Positions 50,463 through 63,962 of a stretch of 64,000 bases of DNA are shown piece by piece. The notes under the pieces were generated by a model that was not told the origin of the DNA, did no database searches, and saw nothing but the letters and a program-made list of their open reading frames with translations. Every line of letters begins with the position of its first letter. The stretch's first letter is position 1. The position numbers and the translations under genes are program-made. Origin of the DNA: Octopus sinensis (Eukaryota); contig NC_043006.1 of NCBI RefSeq assembly GCF_006345805.1, forward strand, positions 42,346,001 to 42,410,000, given 5' to 3'.

Positions 50463-51945
50463 TATTATTGGCTTAGAGAAACAAAAACTTTTTCTCTCAA
50501 CAGAGTAGCAAATAGTAGCCTGGAAATAATTTTATTCAACCGGTCATGCTAGATATAACCAAATTAACAAAGCGATTCGGTACATATAAAACGGAAACAT
50601 AATACATCTATAGAAATTATTTGGATTTTAAACATAAACAGAGCACAAAAAAAAAGAGCTTAACACAAAACTGATTAAAATTCAAACGTATAGTATGTGT
50701 GAGTGTGTGTCTTTGTGTTTGCAAGCAAGCACACACGTGAATGGGCTTAATTCAGAGAACATGGATAATTACAGAATTTAAAAGAAGCAATTTACAAAAA
50801 GACACGAGTTCTAAATCAACGCATTTGAAAGTATGGACATGTTAAATTCAACAATGCAGCAACTTGTGGAAGTAGAATTGCTTAAAAATATCTTTCACAT
50901 CCAACTACGATGATTCTAGAAAGAGTATCCTTGCTAAGAAATATATATTTGTTCCATTTCAGAGTATTTTACTTTCACTTCTAAACAAAGTAATACATCA
51001 GATACAAACAGCAGTGAAAGCTATTTTCAGTAATCAATAGTTCAATATTTCACTAATTAAATAAACTGTCTCAGGATATTCAATTGAATCTAAATTGATT
51101 GCTTTTTAAACAAGATTTAATATTCAACAAACCCCACCCCCATTTTAAAGCCCTCTTCTTTCCTAAAGCAACTATTAGCCTTTTGGGACCGCATAACAGT
51201 CTTCTTATATTCATCAGGGTTACCTTTTTGAGGTAGTTTTATGGCCAGATGCCTTCCCTGTTGTTGATCCTTTTAGTTGACTCTTACGAAACACAGGGAT
51301 TATGGTATTCAGGAAAGTCAGTGAGAATAGTTCATGCAGGGAGTATTAAAGACATAACTAGAAAAAAATATGCATTGCAATGGCTAAAATTATTTTGATT
51401 TGCTTAAACAAAAAAAAAGGTTACAACACTTAAGGCCAGGAAAAGATGTTACGGATTTTCAGAGGTTTCAATGTTCTAGAGACATCTTAACCTAAAGAAA
51501 AATACAAGTGTTGGGTGCAGAATAGTAAAAGGGGTAGGCAAAAACACTAAAAATGATGTAAACAACTAAAAAATTATGAACACTGCACTATATCTCTATT
51601 TCTGTTGTAAACATCAGAGTTTTATACACCATACTTGATAGCATATAGGATGCACTTTTCCCAAAAACAAGCCTCAAATTATTACCCCAGATCCTATTTG
51701 CAGAGATAGGGCCTCCCATAAGCATTAATACACTAAAACCGTTTTTTTTTTCTGAATATACACTACTAAAATAGGGTGCATCTAATATACTTGTGGATCT
51801 TTTGTCATCAAATATGGTAATTTATCTATTGTAGGCAATCATGACCAAAGTAGCTGGAAAATAAATTTGATATTCAAGGTTAACAATCATCAAATTCCTA
51901 GCACTAAAACAATGTTCTAAATGAAATGTCATGTAACTGCTGCTC

Positions 51946-51980
<35 letters not shown>

Positions 51981-51983
<3 letters not shown>

Positions 51984-52450
51984 ATGAGGACAGCTGTGTG
52001 AAGAAGGGTGACACCTTAACAGTGGAGGGAACCTGTGGAAGAGGTAGACCCAGGAAGACATGGGATCTGGTGGTGAAGTATGATCTTCAAACATGCCTCA
52101 CAAAGGCAATGACAAGTGACCAAGACCTTTGGAGATATGCTGTGCTTGAGAAGACCCAGCAAGCCAAGTGAGATCATAGTCATGGTTGATGCACCCTTCA
52201 ATCATTGGGGAATATGCAGTGCTTGTGAAGACCTGTTGAACCGAGTGAAATCATAGCTGCGGCCGATGCTAGTGTTGCCTGACTGGCTCCCATGCCAGTG
52301 GCATGGAAATGTACCCACTACACAGTGATTGGCATTAGGAAGGGCATCCAGCTGTAGAAATCTTGCCAAATCAGATTGGAGCCTGGTACAGCTTCCCAGT
52401 TCTCAGTCAAACTGTCCAATCCATAAGAGCATGGAAAGTGGACAATAAAC
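51981..52450 (+). mobile_element. RTE-LINE 3' fragment
   Basis: MDEDSCVKKGDTLTVEGTCGRGRPRKTWDLVV...LWRYAVLEKTQQAK* plus short 3' UTR with one module. Confidence 0.85.
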
Positions 52451-52485
52451 AACAACCAAACCAAATTGAGGTCGATCAACATCAG

Positions 52486-53101
52486 GGCCCCCGTGCAGGT
52501 GACACGTAAAAGTACCATCCGTTCGTAGCCGTTCGCCAGCCCTGTCTGGCCCCCGTGTAGGTGGCACGTAAAAGCACCATCCGTTCGTGTTCGTTGCCAG
52601 CCTGGCCTGGCCCCCGTGCCGGTGACACGTAAAAGTACCATCCGTTTGTGGCCGTTTGCCAGTTCTGTCTGGCCCCCGTGCCGGTGACACGTAAAAGCAC
52701 CATCCGTTCGTGGCCGCTTGCCAGCCCTGTCTGGCCCCCATGTCGGTGACATGTAAAAGCACCATCCGTTCGTGTCCGTTGCCAGCCTCGCCTGGCCCCC
52801 GTGCCAGCGACACGTAAAAGCACCATCCGTTCGTGGCCGTTTGCCAGCCCTGTCTGGCCCCCATGTCGGTGGCATGTAAAAGCACCATCCGTTCGTGCCC
52901 GTTGCCAGCCTCGCCTGGCCCCCGTGCCGGTGACATGTAAAAGCACCATCCATTTCGTGGCCGTTTGCCAGCTCTGTCTGGCCCCCGTGTTGGTGGCACG
53001 TAAAAGCACCATCCGTTCGTGTCCGTTGCCAGCCTCGCCTGGCCCCGTGCCGGTGACACGTAAAAGCACCATCCGTTCGTGGCCGTTTGCCAGCTCTGTC
53101 T
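52486..53101 (+). repeat. 10 x 61-63-bp tandem array (A/B variants) in RTE 3' UTR
   Basis: Unit starts 52486, 52548, 52609, 52671, 52733, 52794, 52856, 52917, 52980, 53041; partial 11th at 53102. Confidence 0.95.
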
Positions 53102-53305
53102 GGCACCTGTGCAGGTGGCACGTGAAAAGCACCCACTACACTCACGGAGTGGTTGGCGTTAGGAAGGGCATCCAGCCGTAGAAACACTGCCAGATCTGAC
53201 TGGGCCTGATGAAGCCTTCCAGCTTCACAGACCCCAGTTGAACCGTCCAACCCATGCTAGCATGGAGAACGGACGCTAAATGATGATGATGATGATGATG
53301 ATGAT
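53102..53305 (+). mobile_element. Terminal region and (GAT)n tail of the array-bearing RTE-derived copy
   Basis: aagcacccactacactcacggagtggttggcgttaggaagggcatccagcc...gcatggagaacggacgctaaatgatgatgat. Confidence 0.85.
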
Positions 53306-54263
53306 ATATATAGGACTGTGCTACAACATACAGATGCTCAAGGCTGCATCCAAATGAAATACATTTTAATATCTGGAAAGGATTCAATCAAAAGGTTTTA
53401 ACCACCACACATGCAGTTTCCTCTCTTTGCCTATTCTATCCCTACTACAACAGCCTCTGCTTTTTTAAAGTAGCTAACCAATATTACCTCCACCCATCTC
53501 TCTTCACCCAGGCACCTTTCCTGTGTCACCTCCAAGGCCTCAAATAAATACTCTTCCCAGTCTTTGCTGTACATCATGTAATTTCCTGCCCCCGAAGCTT
53601 TCCTTGTAAAACAAACAAATCTTCAAGTTGTATATCAAATACATCAATCCAACTATTCCAAGAAGGATTATGGAAACCATAGGCACTTTTCCTCACCCAC
53701 TTTTTGTAATGATCAGCAGCAGCAGTGAAAGAGGGGTTGGCTAGTGTTTAAGAACTAGAGACAAAAACAAAACAAATAAACTATCAGTGGGAAAAGTCAT
53801 ATCAGATTCTTGTTCCCTTCTTTTCTCTTCAACCTTTTAGATTTGTTTAGACATCGGTTAAGTATATTTAGTTCCGATGTTGACGAGTGAGTAATCAACA
53901 GGCCAGAACTTGTGATTGACTGACCACATCAGAATAAAAATTTAGTCCCCCACATGAAAGGACTGATACTTAGAATGAACAAAAGGACCAAGCAGCATGA
54001 TGGAACATGTCAAAAGAATGAAATATACATAAAAACGAATGTGTCCATAGCCTCTCTTAAGCTCACCTCCTTGTTCCTTGAGAGTTTGCTCTGACACCCC
54101 ATCACTATCAACTCTTATCTTCATCTTTTTACCAGGTTCTCTCACCCACCTTTATATGTGAGGTAGCCATGTATCTCCTCTTTTAGCAACATACCTCTGT
54201 TTCACCCACTAACATATTTCAAGCTTTCAATCCACAGCATAAAGCCACCCCTACTTTCAAATA

Positions 54264-54415
54264 CTGTAGTACCCAGGTTTTTGAACAACTCTGATCGCGA
54301 ATAAATCGTGCTTTTTATTTATATATGGATGGATGGAGATAGATATATATATATATATATATATAAAGCACGATTTATTCATGATCAGAGGCATTCATAA
54401 ACCGAGGTACTACTG
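54264..54415. mobile_element. pogo/Tigger-type foldback MITE with central (TA)n
   Basis: TA|c(t)gtagtacccaggttt...aaaccgaggtactactg|TA with ~50-bp arms; extra right-arm copy at ~54452-54495. Confidence 0.7.
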
Positions 54416-54512
54416 TATAAAATGAATATGAGAAAGACAGGGGGTAAGTACTATTTATTCGTGATTAGAGTTTTTGGAAAACCAACGTTCTACTGTACTA
54501 ACCCTACTTAGT

Positions 54513-55122
54513 CAAGGCCAGATTAAGACCCACAGGACTTAAGATAGTTTGGTGCCCCCATATATATAATTCAAAATATAAACAATAATTCATAAATCAA
54601 TTTTAATTTTTCAAAAAACAAACAAAACTAATGGTAAGATGGAAAATAATGTCTATTTTTGTATACACCCACTTTATATTTGGAAAGTTTTCTCTACTTT
54701 TTTTTTTAATTGCAAAGTTTTTGATCAGATCCTCACTATGACACCATGAAGACTTCGAACTTATATTTCCAATCATATAAACTTCTAATACTATTTTAGC
54801 AAGTTTAACCCTTTCGTTACCAATACGGCTGAAACCTGCTCTGTTGTACAAATGTCTTGTTTTCATAAGGTTTTAATTAAAATCTTTGGTCACAATTTAT
54901 GTTCCTAACATTAGCTTAATGATAACTAAGTTATTTTACTAAATTCTTTGTTATATTTAAAGTAACTGAAAGAAACACAGAGCATCTCAAAATAAATACA
55001 ACAATGAAAGGGCTAACGTGATTTCTTTTGTGCCATAAACCATTACCTTTTCTGTGGTGCCCCCTCCTTCCCTTGATGCCTTAAATATGTGCTTATTTCG
55101 CTTAATGGTTAATCCAGCCCTC
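54513..55122. mobile_element. hAT-type MITE containing a nested piggyBac-like MITE (54809-55012)
   Basis: Ends caaggccagattaag / ttaatccagccctc; 8-bp TSD tacttagt / cacttagt; nested TTAA|CCCTTTCGTTAC...GAAAGGG|ctaa. Confidence 0.65.
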
Positions 55123-56741
55123 CACTTAGTGATGTTTTTTTTTTGCTTTTTCCCAATGATCTTTTTCTGCCTTGCAAGTTGCTTGGTAACCTCACTCATG
55201 CCAGTGGTATGTAAAAAGCACCCAGTACTCACAGTAAGGTGGTTAGCGTTAGGAAGGGCATCTAATAATAGAAACAATACCAAAGCTGACACTGGAGCTC
55301 AGTGCATCCCTGATGCTCACTAGACCCTGACATACACTCTAACCCATACCAACATTGAAAATGAACGTTATGATGATGATGATGAAAAACAATTGTGACA
55401 TACTCTAATGATATGGTTTCAACTTTATAATTTCTTGAATGAATGACTGAGAAACAACCCAAATGTTTTTAGAGTATCTGCTTCAAGTTTGACTATTTTA
55501 AAATCTATATTTCCATCAAGGCTTCTTTGGCCATTTTACCTACGCAGAGAGCAGGCAGGTAAGTAGATCTAACAATATGATGAGTTAATTTGAGCAACTC
55601 CGTAATAAAAATGTCACTTTTATATGGAATAGAAAATAAGAATTTGATGTTTATGCCTTTGTTTTGCAAGATTCTTGAAATGAAATCATGTGTTGAAACA
55701 GAAGATGGTCATATTTTGCCAGTTAAACACATACACTATACATTTGATATTCACTTCAGATTTATTATTATTATTATTCTAGTTTCATTGTCAACGCTCT
55801 TTTGTCACACATCCTGTGACCTCTTTAGTGACTCTTTATCTATTGTGTCTCGAGGGGGTTTCTGCAAACTAAAACCACTCATAAGGCTCTGGTTGGCCCA
55901 GTGCTTTAGAAAAACGACACTTGCCCAATGTACCACACAGTGAGACTGAACCTGGAACCATGTAATTGAGAAACAAACTTCTTGCCACACAGCCATGCCT
56001 GAAAAAATTTTATAAATTATTTTTGATGGGTCAATTATAAGATTACTAAGTTCACTAGAATCCCTTGCACATGCAAGGACGGGACAAGCAAACCTTTTTA
56101 GCCCACCACAATCAATTTTTATCATCTTCAATCTTATTAGGGTGTTATTTACATTATTTACATTTGACGGAGGGTTTTATATATATTTTAATTTAAAGTA
56201 AAAAAAAAACTCATAGATAAGCTTTTTGTAACATTTTACAGGGAGATTATTTTAAAGCCTATCATGTCTAAAAACCCATAACAACCCACTGCTCATGTGT
56301 GTCATAGGTTTGCTATTACAGTTCTAGGAGAGAAACAATAACCACTTTATATGTCAACATGGTTGTGTGGTTATGAAGCTTGCTTCCCAACCATATGGTT
56401 TAGGGTTCAGTCCCACTGTACAACACCCTAAGCAAGTATCTTTTACTATGAGCCAACCAAAACCTTGTGAGTGGAGTTGGTAGACAGAAACTGTGAAAGA
56501 AAAAAGTAGTGTATAAGGCAGGGGGGGGTCATGTGTGTGGGTGTGCACTGTTGTCTTGACATAATGGCATCATCATCATCATTTAAGGTCCACTTTCCTT
56601 ACTGGCAGGGTTGGATGGTCTGACGAGAGCTGGCAAGCCAGAAGACTGTTTGGGTGTAGTTTTTACGCATGGATGCTCTTTCGAAACACCAACCGCTTTA
56701 CAGAATGGACAAACACGATGGTTGTAAATGAACACCACCTT

Positions 56742-56964
56742 TAACCCATTAATATTGAAACTGGCCACATCCAGCTCAAATGTCCTGTTTCGTGTTCAAC
56801 CTGGTGAGATCAAGCCGCTCACAATTTCCTCATAATGACATTCTAAAAATAAACTATTCCATCATTGAAATCATGAAGCTACAAGGTAATGCATGATTAA
56901 CTTAAAATGACAAGGATGAATAAGCATTATATTTGACAGAGTAATCTGAATGCTGACAGGTTAA
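56742..56964. mobile_element. TTAA-flanked ~220-bp MITE (other copies ~39450-39660, 61692-61887, 63336-64000)
   Basis: ttaaccc...cacctaccctacaatg-like core...gaatgctaaagggttaa-like end. Confidence 0.6.
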
Positions 56965-57277
56965 CCCATAAAGCGCTGCGATTTGCACTTATATAACATG
57001 GACTGCTAAGCACATTTTATGAAAATGAGACTACCATGAACACATAAAAAACAAAAAATAGTTCAAATATCTTCTTAGTGTAAAATGGTGGCAAGCATGA
57101 ATAAGCATTATATTTGACAGAGTAATCTGAATGCTGACAGGTTAACCCATAAAGCGCTGCGATTTGCACTTATATAACATGGACTGCTAAGCACATTTTA
57201 TGAAAATGAGACTACCATGAACACATAAAAAACAAAAAATAGTTCAAATATCTTCTTAGTGTAAAATGGTGGCAAGC
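56916..57277. repeat. Perfect 181-bp tandem duplication
   Basis: 56916-57096 identical to 57097-57277 by eye. Confidence 0.92.
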
Positions 57278-59634
57278 ATTACATCGTCTGAAAAGTCGTT
57301 AGTTGAACTATTAGTCCTCTTGCATTCTGGGGAGTATTGGAAAGTTTGAGTAATATTAGACCCCAACAAACACCTATAAATTAAATGCATCTATCTGGGC
57401 CACGATCATGGCCCACTGTGCTTTATGTATTAAATAAGGTTGTTCATTCTTAGTCTATTGTAAAAAAAAGATGTCTAGCTATGGGAAAATATTACCTTGC
57501 TTAGAAACAAGTGTTGGCAGCAGGAAGGGCATCCAGGTGTAGAAAATCTACCTCAATAAATTTCATCTGATCCAATCAAGCATGGAAAAGTGGATGTTAA
57601 GTGGTGATGGTTTGCTTATTTCACTGTACAATGGACAGGTTTGTACAATTATATTTTTACTGTAGGCTTAAATTAAGTTCCAACTACTATCATCATATCT
57701 CTACATTACTTTAACCTGCCTCTGATTTAGCTACAATTCATTATCATTTCATTCCATAGCACTCAGTGATTTCCATGGAGCTACAGTATCTCTCGAGGCT
57801 ACCTTACGCCAATAACCAGAGTGCACACAATGCTAAATGCTTATCATTCCCACTTCACTTCTAACTCACATAAACCAAATACAATTATTAGAAACAATTA
57901 TTAAATTACTGGAGTCAGTAAAAATATACAGACTCCAACACTGGCTAAATGTGTTAAGATTTCCAATTGAATAGCTACAAGTTGCACATTATCATTTTCT
58001 AACATCCACTTTTCTATACTCACATGACTTAGACAGAATTCATAGAGGCGCATATTTTGTTTTTCTATGGCCAGATGTCCTTCCTTGTTCACCAATTCTC
58101 ACCTGTTCCCATGGCCAGACAGGTTTTCACAAAAGACTAGAAACAAAGGAATACTCTTGTATGAAGGTGAGATTTGTTCATAATTGTCTTGCAATGTCAA
58201 GACAAGGAAATCACTAAGACACACATATAAACACACACAGACATAAAGGCGTCTTTCAATTTCTGTCTACAAAAGCCACTCACAAAGCTTTGGTCATCAA
58301 AGACACTTGCCCAAGATGCTAAGAAATGGGGCTCAATGCAAAATCATGGGTTTGGAAGCAAACTTCTTACCACACAGCCACACCTGAACCTACCTACAGA
58401 AAATAATCAGATTTAAGGAAAATCAGGTAAAAAGTAATTTTATTTCCCAGCACAAATATTAGTAAATTTTGTATTTATATGTTTGACTTAACCTTTGTTC
58501 TTTAGGCACATAAACTTTTCTATTTTTTATACAATACTATTTTTATTTCAATGTAAACATTCATATCAAATTCACCTCAGAAGCACCCAAAACACTCTGT
58601 AAGGTGGTTGGCATTAGGGAGGGCATCCAGCCATAGAAACCATGCAGCAACAGACAATTGCAGTCTGAAGACCGCTTTTGGCTGATAAACTGTCATAGCC
58701 ATGCCAGCATGGAAAACGGACACTAAACGATGACTCAAACAATGCTTTAACCCTCAAGCTCCCAGGCAAAATAATATATAGTTGCACACGCAGCTCAAGA
58801 GTGACAATTTCTGGTAAACTAGTGGACAGAATCACAAGAAAATTCAGGAGAATAACAATAATTGGCCTTTCTCTCAACAACCATATTGGTTTACCTAAAT
58901 TGCTTCTTTCCTTATCCCTTTCACTAGTTTGTCCAAACCATTCTCATTGTCTGTGTAAGGGTTAACTGTCCAAAGAATAAATATCATCAACAGCTGCTTC
59001 AACTGTAAACAGTCTAAGCCTTGCTCGTTTACCAGACAAAGTGCCAGGTTCATTACACACTCAGTTCATCACATAGGTATGTTTTTTTTGTTTTTGCTTT
59101 TTTTTTTTTTAGTAAAAACACAAGCAAACACCATTAACAATGAGACATAAAAACACTTGACTACAAAGCTGGAACACAATTAGTCGTCTATTTTTAGTAT
59201 TTTATCTTCTGTTTCTACGTCTCGTTTATTTTACCACCTTTACTGAAATCCAATAGAGATTACGTTTATACTATTCCCGCTTTACTAGGGGCACGGCGTG
59301 ACAGGGTTAATCAAGAAAAAGAATGGGTATGCATTTTAATTATCATCCTCATCATTTAATGTCCCTGTTCCAGGTTGGTATGGGTTGGAGGATTTGACTA
59401 GACTGCATTGTGCTCCGGTGTCTGCTTTGGCACAGTTTCTACAGCTGGATGTTCTTAATGCCAACCACTTAAAAGAATGCATTAAATGCTCTTTTTCATG
59501 CTACCAACACTATCAATGTCCTCATTGCAGCTAACATGACAAGCCCTGAGGAAGATGGGGATGGTTTCATGGCTATGAGGGGAGTTAAAGTAAAATAGAA
59601 GCAGAGTAGGACAAAAGAGGTTCTTACTGTAGAA

Positions 59635-59921
59635 CAGTGGTTCCCAAACTTTTTCGGACTGCCGCCCCCTTGATACCCAGGCCACATTCCTAGCGCCCCC
59701 ACCCCAACTAACCATCACAAACATACACCTCTTTCTGAACCAAATTCAAAGCAAATGTATTTCACAAAAAAAACTTAACCTAATGAACCCATTATTTTGT
59801 TGTTTTTACATGAATCTCTACCCCGTTATTGCCCTACTTTTTTTAATGCTCCCTCGAAACTTTCCACCACCACCACCACCCGGGGGGGAGGGGACTATAC
59901 CGCCCACTTTGGGAACCATTG
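59635..59921. mobile_element. hAT-Charlie-type MITE
   Basis: CAGTGGTTCCCAAA...TTTGGGAACCATTG termini; 8-bp TSD ctgtagaa / cagtagaa. Confidence 0.8.
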
Positions 59922-60829
59922 CAGTAGAACTACATGGCTACTCACATTTTGGAGAGAAAACAAGACTGATTAAAATGGCCACTGAGTACAATACTGTACT
60001 TGTTTCATCTTTTACTTTTAACTTTGACGTACTTTAGAGATTTGAACTGATAAACTGAGATGTTTTTTTATTTTCTTTTATAGTATTTACAATTATTTAC
60101 TGCTTTTATATCCTTCTTTTAATAAAAGCAATCATCGATAATACTTCATAAACTTACATTTAGTTGTTTGTAATGTCTTTTAATGCATAAAAAGCCATAA
60201 CTGCATAACTTTAAGCTTAAAGATGTTAGGTTTCTAAAATGGGGTCTGATGATCCACAGTGCACAAATATGCAGAGTCCTTTTAATCATTATAAATAGAT
60301 TAGCCTAATTACAAACAGGGAAGGTGGTGAGCTAGCAGAATCATTAGCAGATCAAACAAAATGCTTGGTGACATTTCTTCCAGTTTTTTTTACATTCTGA
60401 GTTCAAATCCTACCAAGGTCGACTTTGCCTTTCATCCCCCTCAAGGTCAATAAACTAAAATACCAGTCAAGTATTAGGGTCGATGTAATCGACTTCCTCC
60501 ACCCCACCCCACATCCTCTTGAAAAAGAAAAAAATTACTGGTCTTCAACCCTGCAATGGACTGGCATCTCATTAAGAGGGAATGTTGTGAACTTAGACAT
60601 TTGTAAGCCATGGAAGTCGGGTAACTGACCTATTAAGCCCTTGGGCTTGAAGAAAAATAAATTACTAACAAAAGAGCAAAGGTCAAGGATTCTATAAACT
60701 GTGAAGCTGCAGAGTTGAATGTCTTATGAACCAACACCATGATCCTAGATAAAACATCAACTATTTTTCAGATATACTGCCATGTATCTTGTCCTATACC
60801 ATCACAGTTAGCACCTTACAAATTTCATA

Positions 60830-61081
60830 CAATCATCATCATCATCGTTTAACGTCCGTTTTCCATGCTAGCATGGGTTGGACGGTTCAACTGGGGTCTG
60901 GCAAGCCAGAAGGCTGCGCCAGGCCCAGTCTGATCTGGCAGTGTTTCTACAGCTGGATGCCCTTCCTAACGCCAACCACCCCATGAGTGTAGTGGGTGCT
61001 TTTTACGTGCCACCTGCACAGGTGCCAGAAGAGTCTGGCAAACGGCCACGATTAGATGGTGCTTTTTACATGCCACCGGCA
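60830..61081 (-). mobile_element. RTE-LINE 3' end copy
   Basis: atcatcatcatcgtttaacgtccg...ggtgctttttacgtgccacctgcac...; closely resembles 53102-53305. Confidence 0.8.
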
Positions 61082-61909
61082 AAACCTAAAGAGAGTTCCT
61101 TTGTCAGAGACAAGGTGAAAATTTCTTTTAAATTTCTTACAGCTACAATTTGAAAGCTGGGGTCGATGGAGACCAGATGAAATCTCCAAGGAGTTTAAAT
61201 GCACAAGTCTCCAATATTCAAAGTGGCTAACAAGTGCCAGCAGAAAGATACCCAGGAGTCATGAGCTGGATGCAGCTTAAGTCCCTTACAGTGTAAGGAC
61301 TGAAACACTTGCCTGACTGTGATTTCTTCTCTGAGGACCTTCTGCTGTCCAGCACCCTTGAGAGTTTCTTAGCAGAGTAATCACCTATTATGTTACTATT
61401 AACTACAAAAACTAGTTTCTCACATTTTATCTGAGCAACTTGTTTGTGCAATTTTTCTAAATTCTGTGGTACAGGCCAGACTAACACTAAGCAAGGAGCA
61501 GCTTCAACTTGAGGGTTAAATTTATTTTAAACCTGGACCTAGGTTATACCTAGTATTGAATTTATGTAAATCTATCCACAATTGTTAAATATCACAAGCT
61601 GCAAAGTTTATGCAGTGTCAAAAAAGAAAGCTCAAGTTAGTCACTGAACCTCTCAGAAATAGTAGCCAAACTTACTTCAAAGCTCATGTCTTAAACCCTT
61701 TAGTATTTAAATCGACCATATCCGGCCCTAATATTGAATCTGCTTTATGTTCAAACTGACCAGATGAAGCCTTTTACACCTACCCTACAATGTTATTTTA
61801 AAACTAATTAATCACATCATCGAAATCTTACAATGTGAATGAACAAGGATTACGTATGATAGAGTAATCCGAATGCTAAAAGGTTAAAAATTTTTAAATG
61901 ATGATCAGA

Positions 61910-62059
61910 AGTAGCTGTAGGATAAGTAGCTTGCTTATCAGCCACATGGCCCCACGTTCAGTCCCACTGTGTGGCACATTGGGTGTCTACTGCTATAGCC
62001 TTGGGCCAACCAAAGCCTTGTGAGTGGATTTGGTAGACAGAAACTGAAAGAAGCCCATC

Positions 62060-62102
<43 letters not shown>

Positions 62103-62314
62103 TGTGTGTGTGTGTGTTTGTCCCCGCCACCATTACTTGACAAGCAATGTTGGTGTGCTTACATCCCCGTAACTTAGCGGCTTGGCACAAGAGACCAATA
62201 GGATAAGTACTTGGCTTACAAAGAATAAGTCCTGGGGTCGATTTGTTCGACTAAAGGCGGTACTCCAGCATGGCCACAGTCACATGACTGAAACAAATAC
62301 AAGAATAGCAAGAA
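61910..62314 (+). mobile_element. SINE family A
   Basis: Full-length with internal (TA)n(TG)n. Confidence 0.85.
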
Positions 62315-62669
62315 TGCCTGCATTTGTCAGGGATGTTCTATTAAAGCTGATCTCCAGCTAAACACCACCAAGTCTACATAAGTGCAGGCATGGCTGTGTG
62401 CTTAAGCAGCTCACTTTGTAACCATGTGGTTTCAAGTTCAGTCCCACTGCATGCCACCTAAGGCAAGCATCTTCTACTAGAGTTCTAAAGCAAGCAATGC
62501 TTGGGAGAGAATTTTTCTAAATGGAAACTATAAAAGCCTGCTGTGTGTGTGTGTGCTTACAGAGGCATAAACAAACCAGCCAACCCCTACAGTGCTTGAC
62601 GACCAGTAATGGTTTGTTTATGTTCCCACAACTTAGTTTGGCAAAAGATATTTTTAGAATACTCTCTCT

Positions 62670-63066
62670 CACTCTTTACTCTTTAACTTGCTTCAGTCAT
62701 TTGACTACAGCTATGCTGGAGCACTGCCTTTAGTCGAGCAAATCGACCCCGGGACTTATTCTTTGTAGGCCTAGTACTTATTCTATCGGTCTCTTTTGCC
62801 AAACCACTAAGTGACAGGGACATAAACACACCAGCATTGGTTGTCAAGCAATGCTAGGGGGACAAACAGACACAAACATACACACACATATATATATACA
62901 TATATACAACAGGCTTCTTTCAGTTTCCTTCTACCAAATCCACTCACAAGGCTTTGGTTGGCCCAAGGCTATAGCAGAAGACACTTGCCCAAGATGCCAG
63001 GCAGTGGGACTGAACACGGAACCATGTGGTTGGTAAGCAAGCTACTTACCACACAACCACTCCTGC
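62670..63066 (-). mobile_element. SINE family A
   Basis: Full-length, inverted relative to 61910-62314. Confidence 0.85.
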
Positions 63067-63536
63067 ACCTATGTAAGTATCAAACACACAAAAAACAAAA
63101 AAGAAGCACAAGTACTGGGGTTAGTTTATTCAACCAAGTCAGTGCCCCTATATGGCTGCTGTCCAATGACTGAAACAAGTGAAAGATAAAAACATACTAT
63201 TGTCTCTGTCATGTCCAACTTACTAGCAAACAAAAATTAAAAAATTAAGTCACACAAACAAACGAATGACAATTCTTGAATACTTTAAATGTTTCTGAAA
63301 GGTTAAAAAGTAATAACTGAAAACCAAGAAGAAATTTAACTCTTTAGCATTCAGATTTCTCTATCAAATGTAATAGTTATTTATTCACGCTGTTTTGAAT
63401 TAAACACACATTGCCTTGTAGCTTTGAGATTTGAATAGTGTGCTAGTGCATTTTTAGAATGATATTGTAGGGTAGGTGTGAGAGGTGGGATTTGGTCAGT
63501 TTTAACATAAAACGGGTTGAATATTTGAGCCAGATA

Positions 63537-63962
63537 GGTGGCGAAGTGACAGAAACGTTAGCATGCCAGGCGAACTGCTTAATGGTATTTTGTCTGTTTG
63601 AAGGCGGCGAGCTGGCAGAAACGTTAGCGCGCCGGCCAAAATGCTTAGCAGTATTTCGTCTGTCGCTACGTTCTGAGTTCAAATTCCGCCGAGGCCGACT
63701 TTGCCTTTCATCCTTTCGGGGTCGATATAATCAACTTAATCCGTTTGTCCTCTCTGTGTTTAGCCCCTTGTGGGTAGTAAAGAAATAGGTATTTTGTCTG
63801 TCTTACGCTCTGAGTTCAAATTCTACCAAGGTTGACTTTGCCTTTCATCCTTCTGAAGTTGATAAATTAAGCACCAGTTGCATACTGGGGTCGATTTAAT
63901 CGACGCCCCCCCCCCTCCCCGGCCTCCCCAAAAATTTTGGGCCTTGTGCCTAGAGTAGAAAA
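63537..63962 (+). mobile_element. SINE-B (tail b) containing a nested SINE-B (tail a, ~63601-63787), all inside a TTAA MITE
   Basis: Outer TSD gaatatttga(g/c)ccagata 63519-63536 / 63963-63980; inner TSD ggtattttgtctgt 63584-63597 / 63788-63801. Confidence 0.85.

Noticed and set aside
52486-53133. CRISPR-like repeat/spacer appearance of the 61-63-bp array (and of 30262-30545)
   Set aside because: The inter-module segments are homologous to each other rather than unique spacers, the array is contiguous with a LINE 3' end, the context is a eukaryotic intron, and there are no cas genes.
53203-53240. CTGATGA followed by a short stem
   Set aside because: No GAAA or stem III/UH after the stem, so not a hammerhead; other copies of the repeat lack the motif.
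52318-53250. Long ORFs (310, 218, 216 aa) on the minus strand
   Set aside because: By-products of a GC-rich, stop-poor tandem repeat; open in several frames with repetitive translations.
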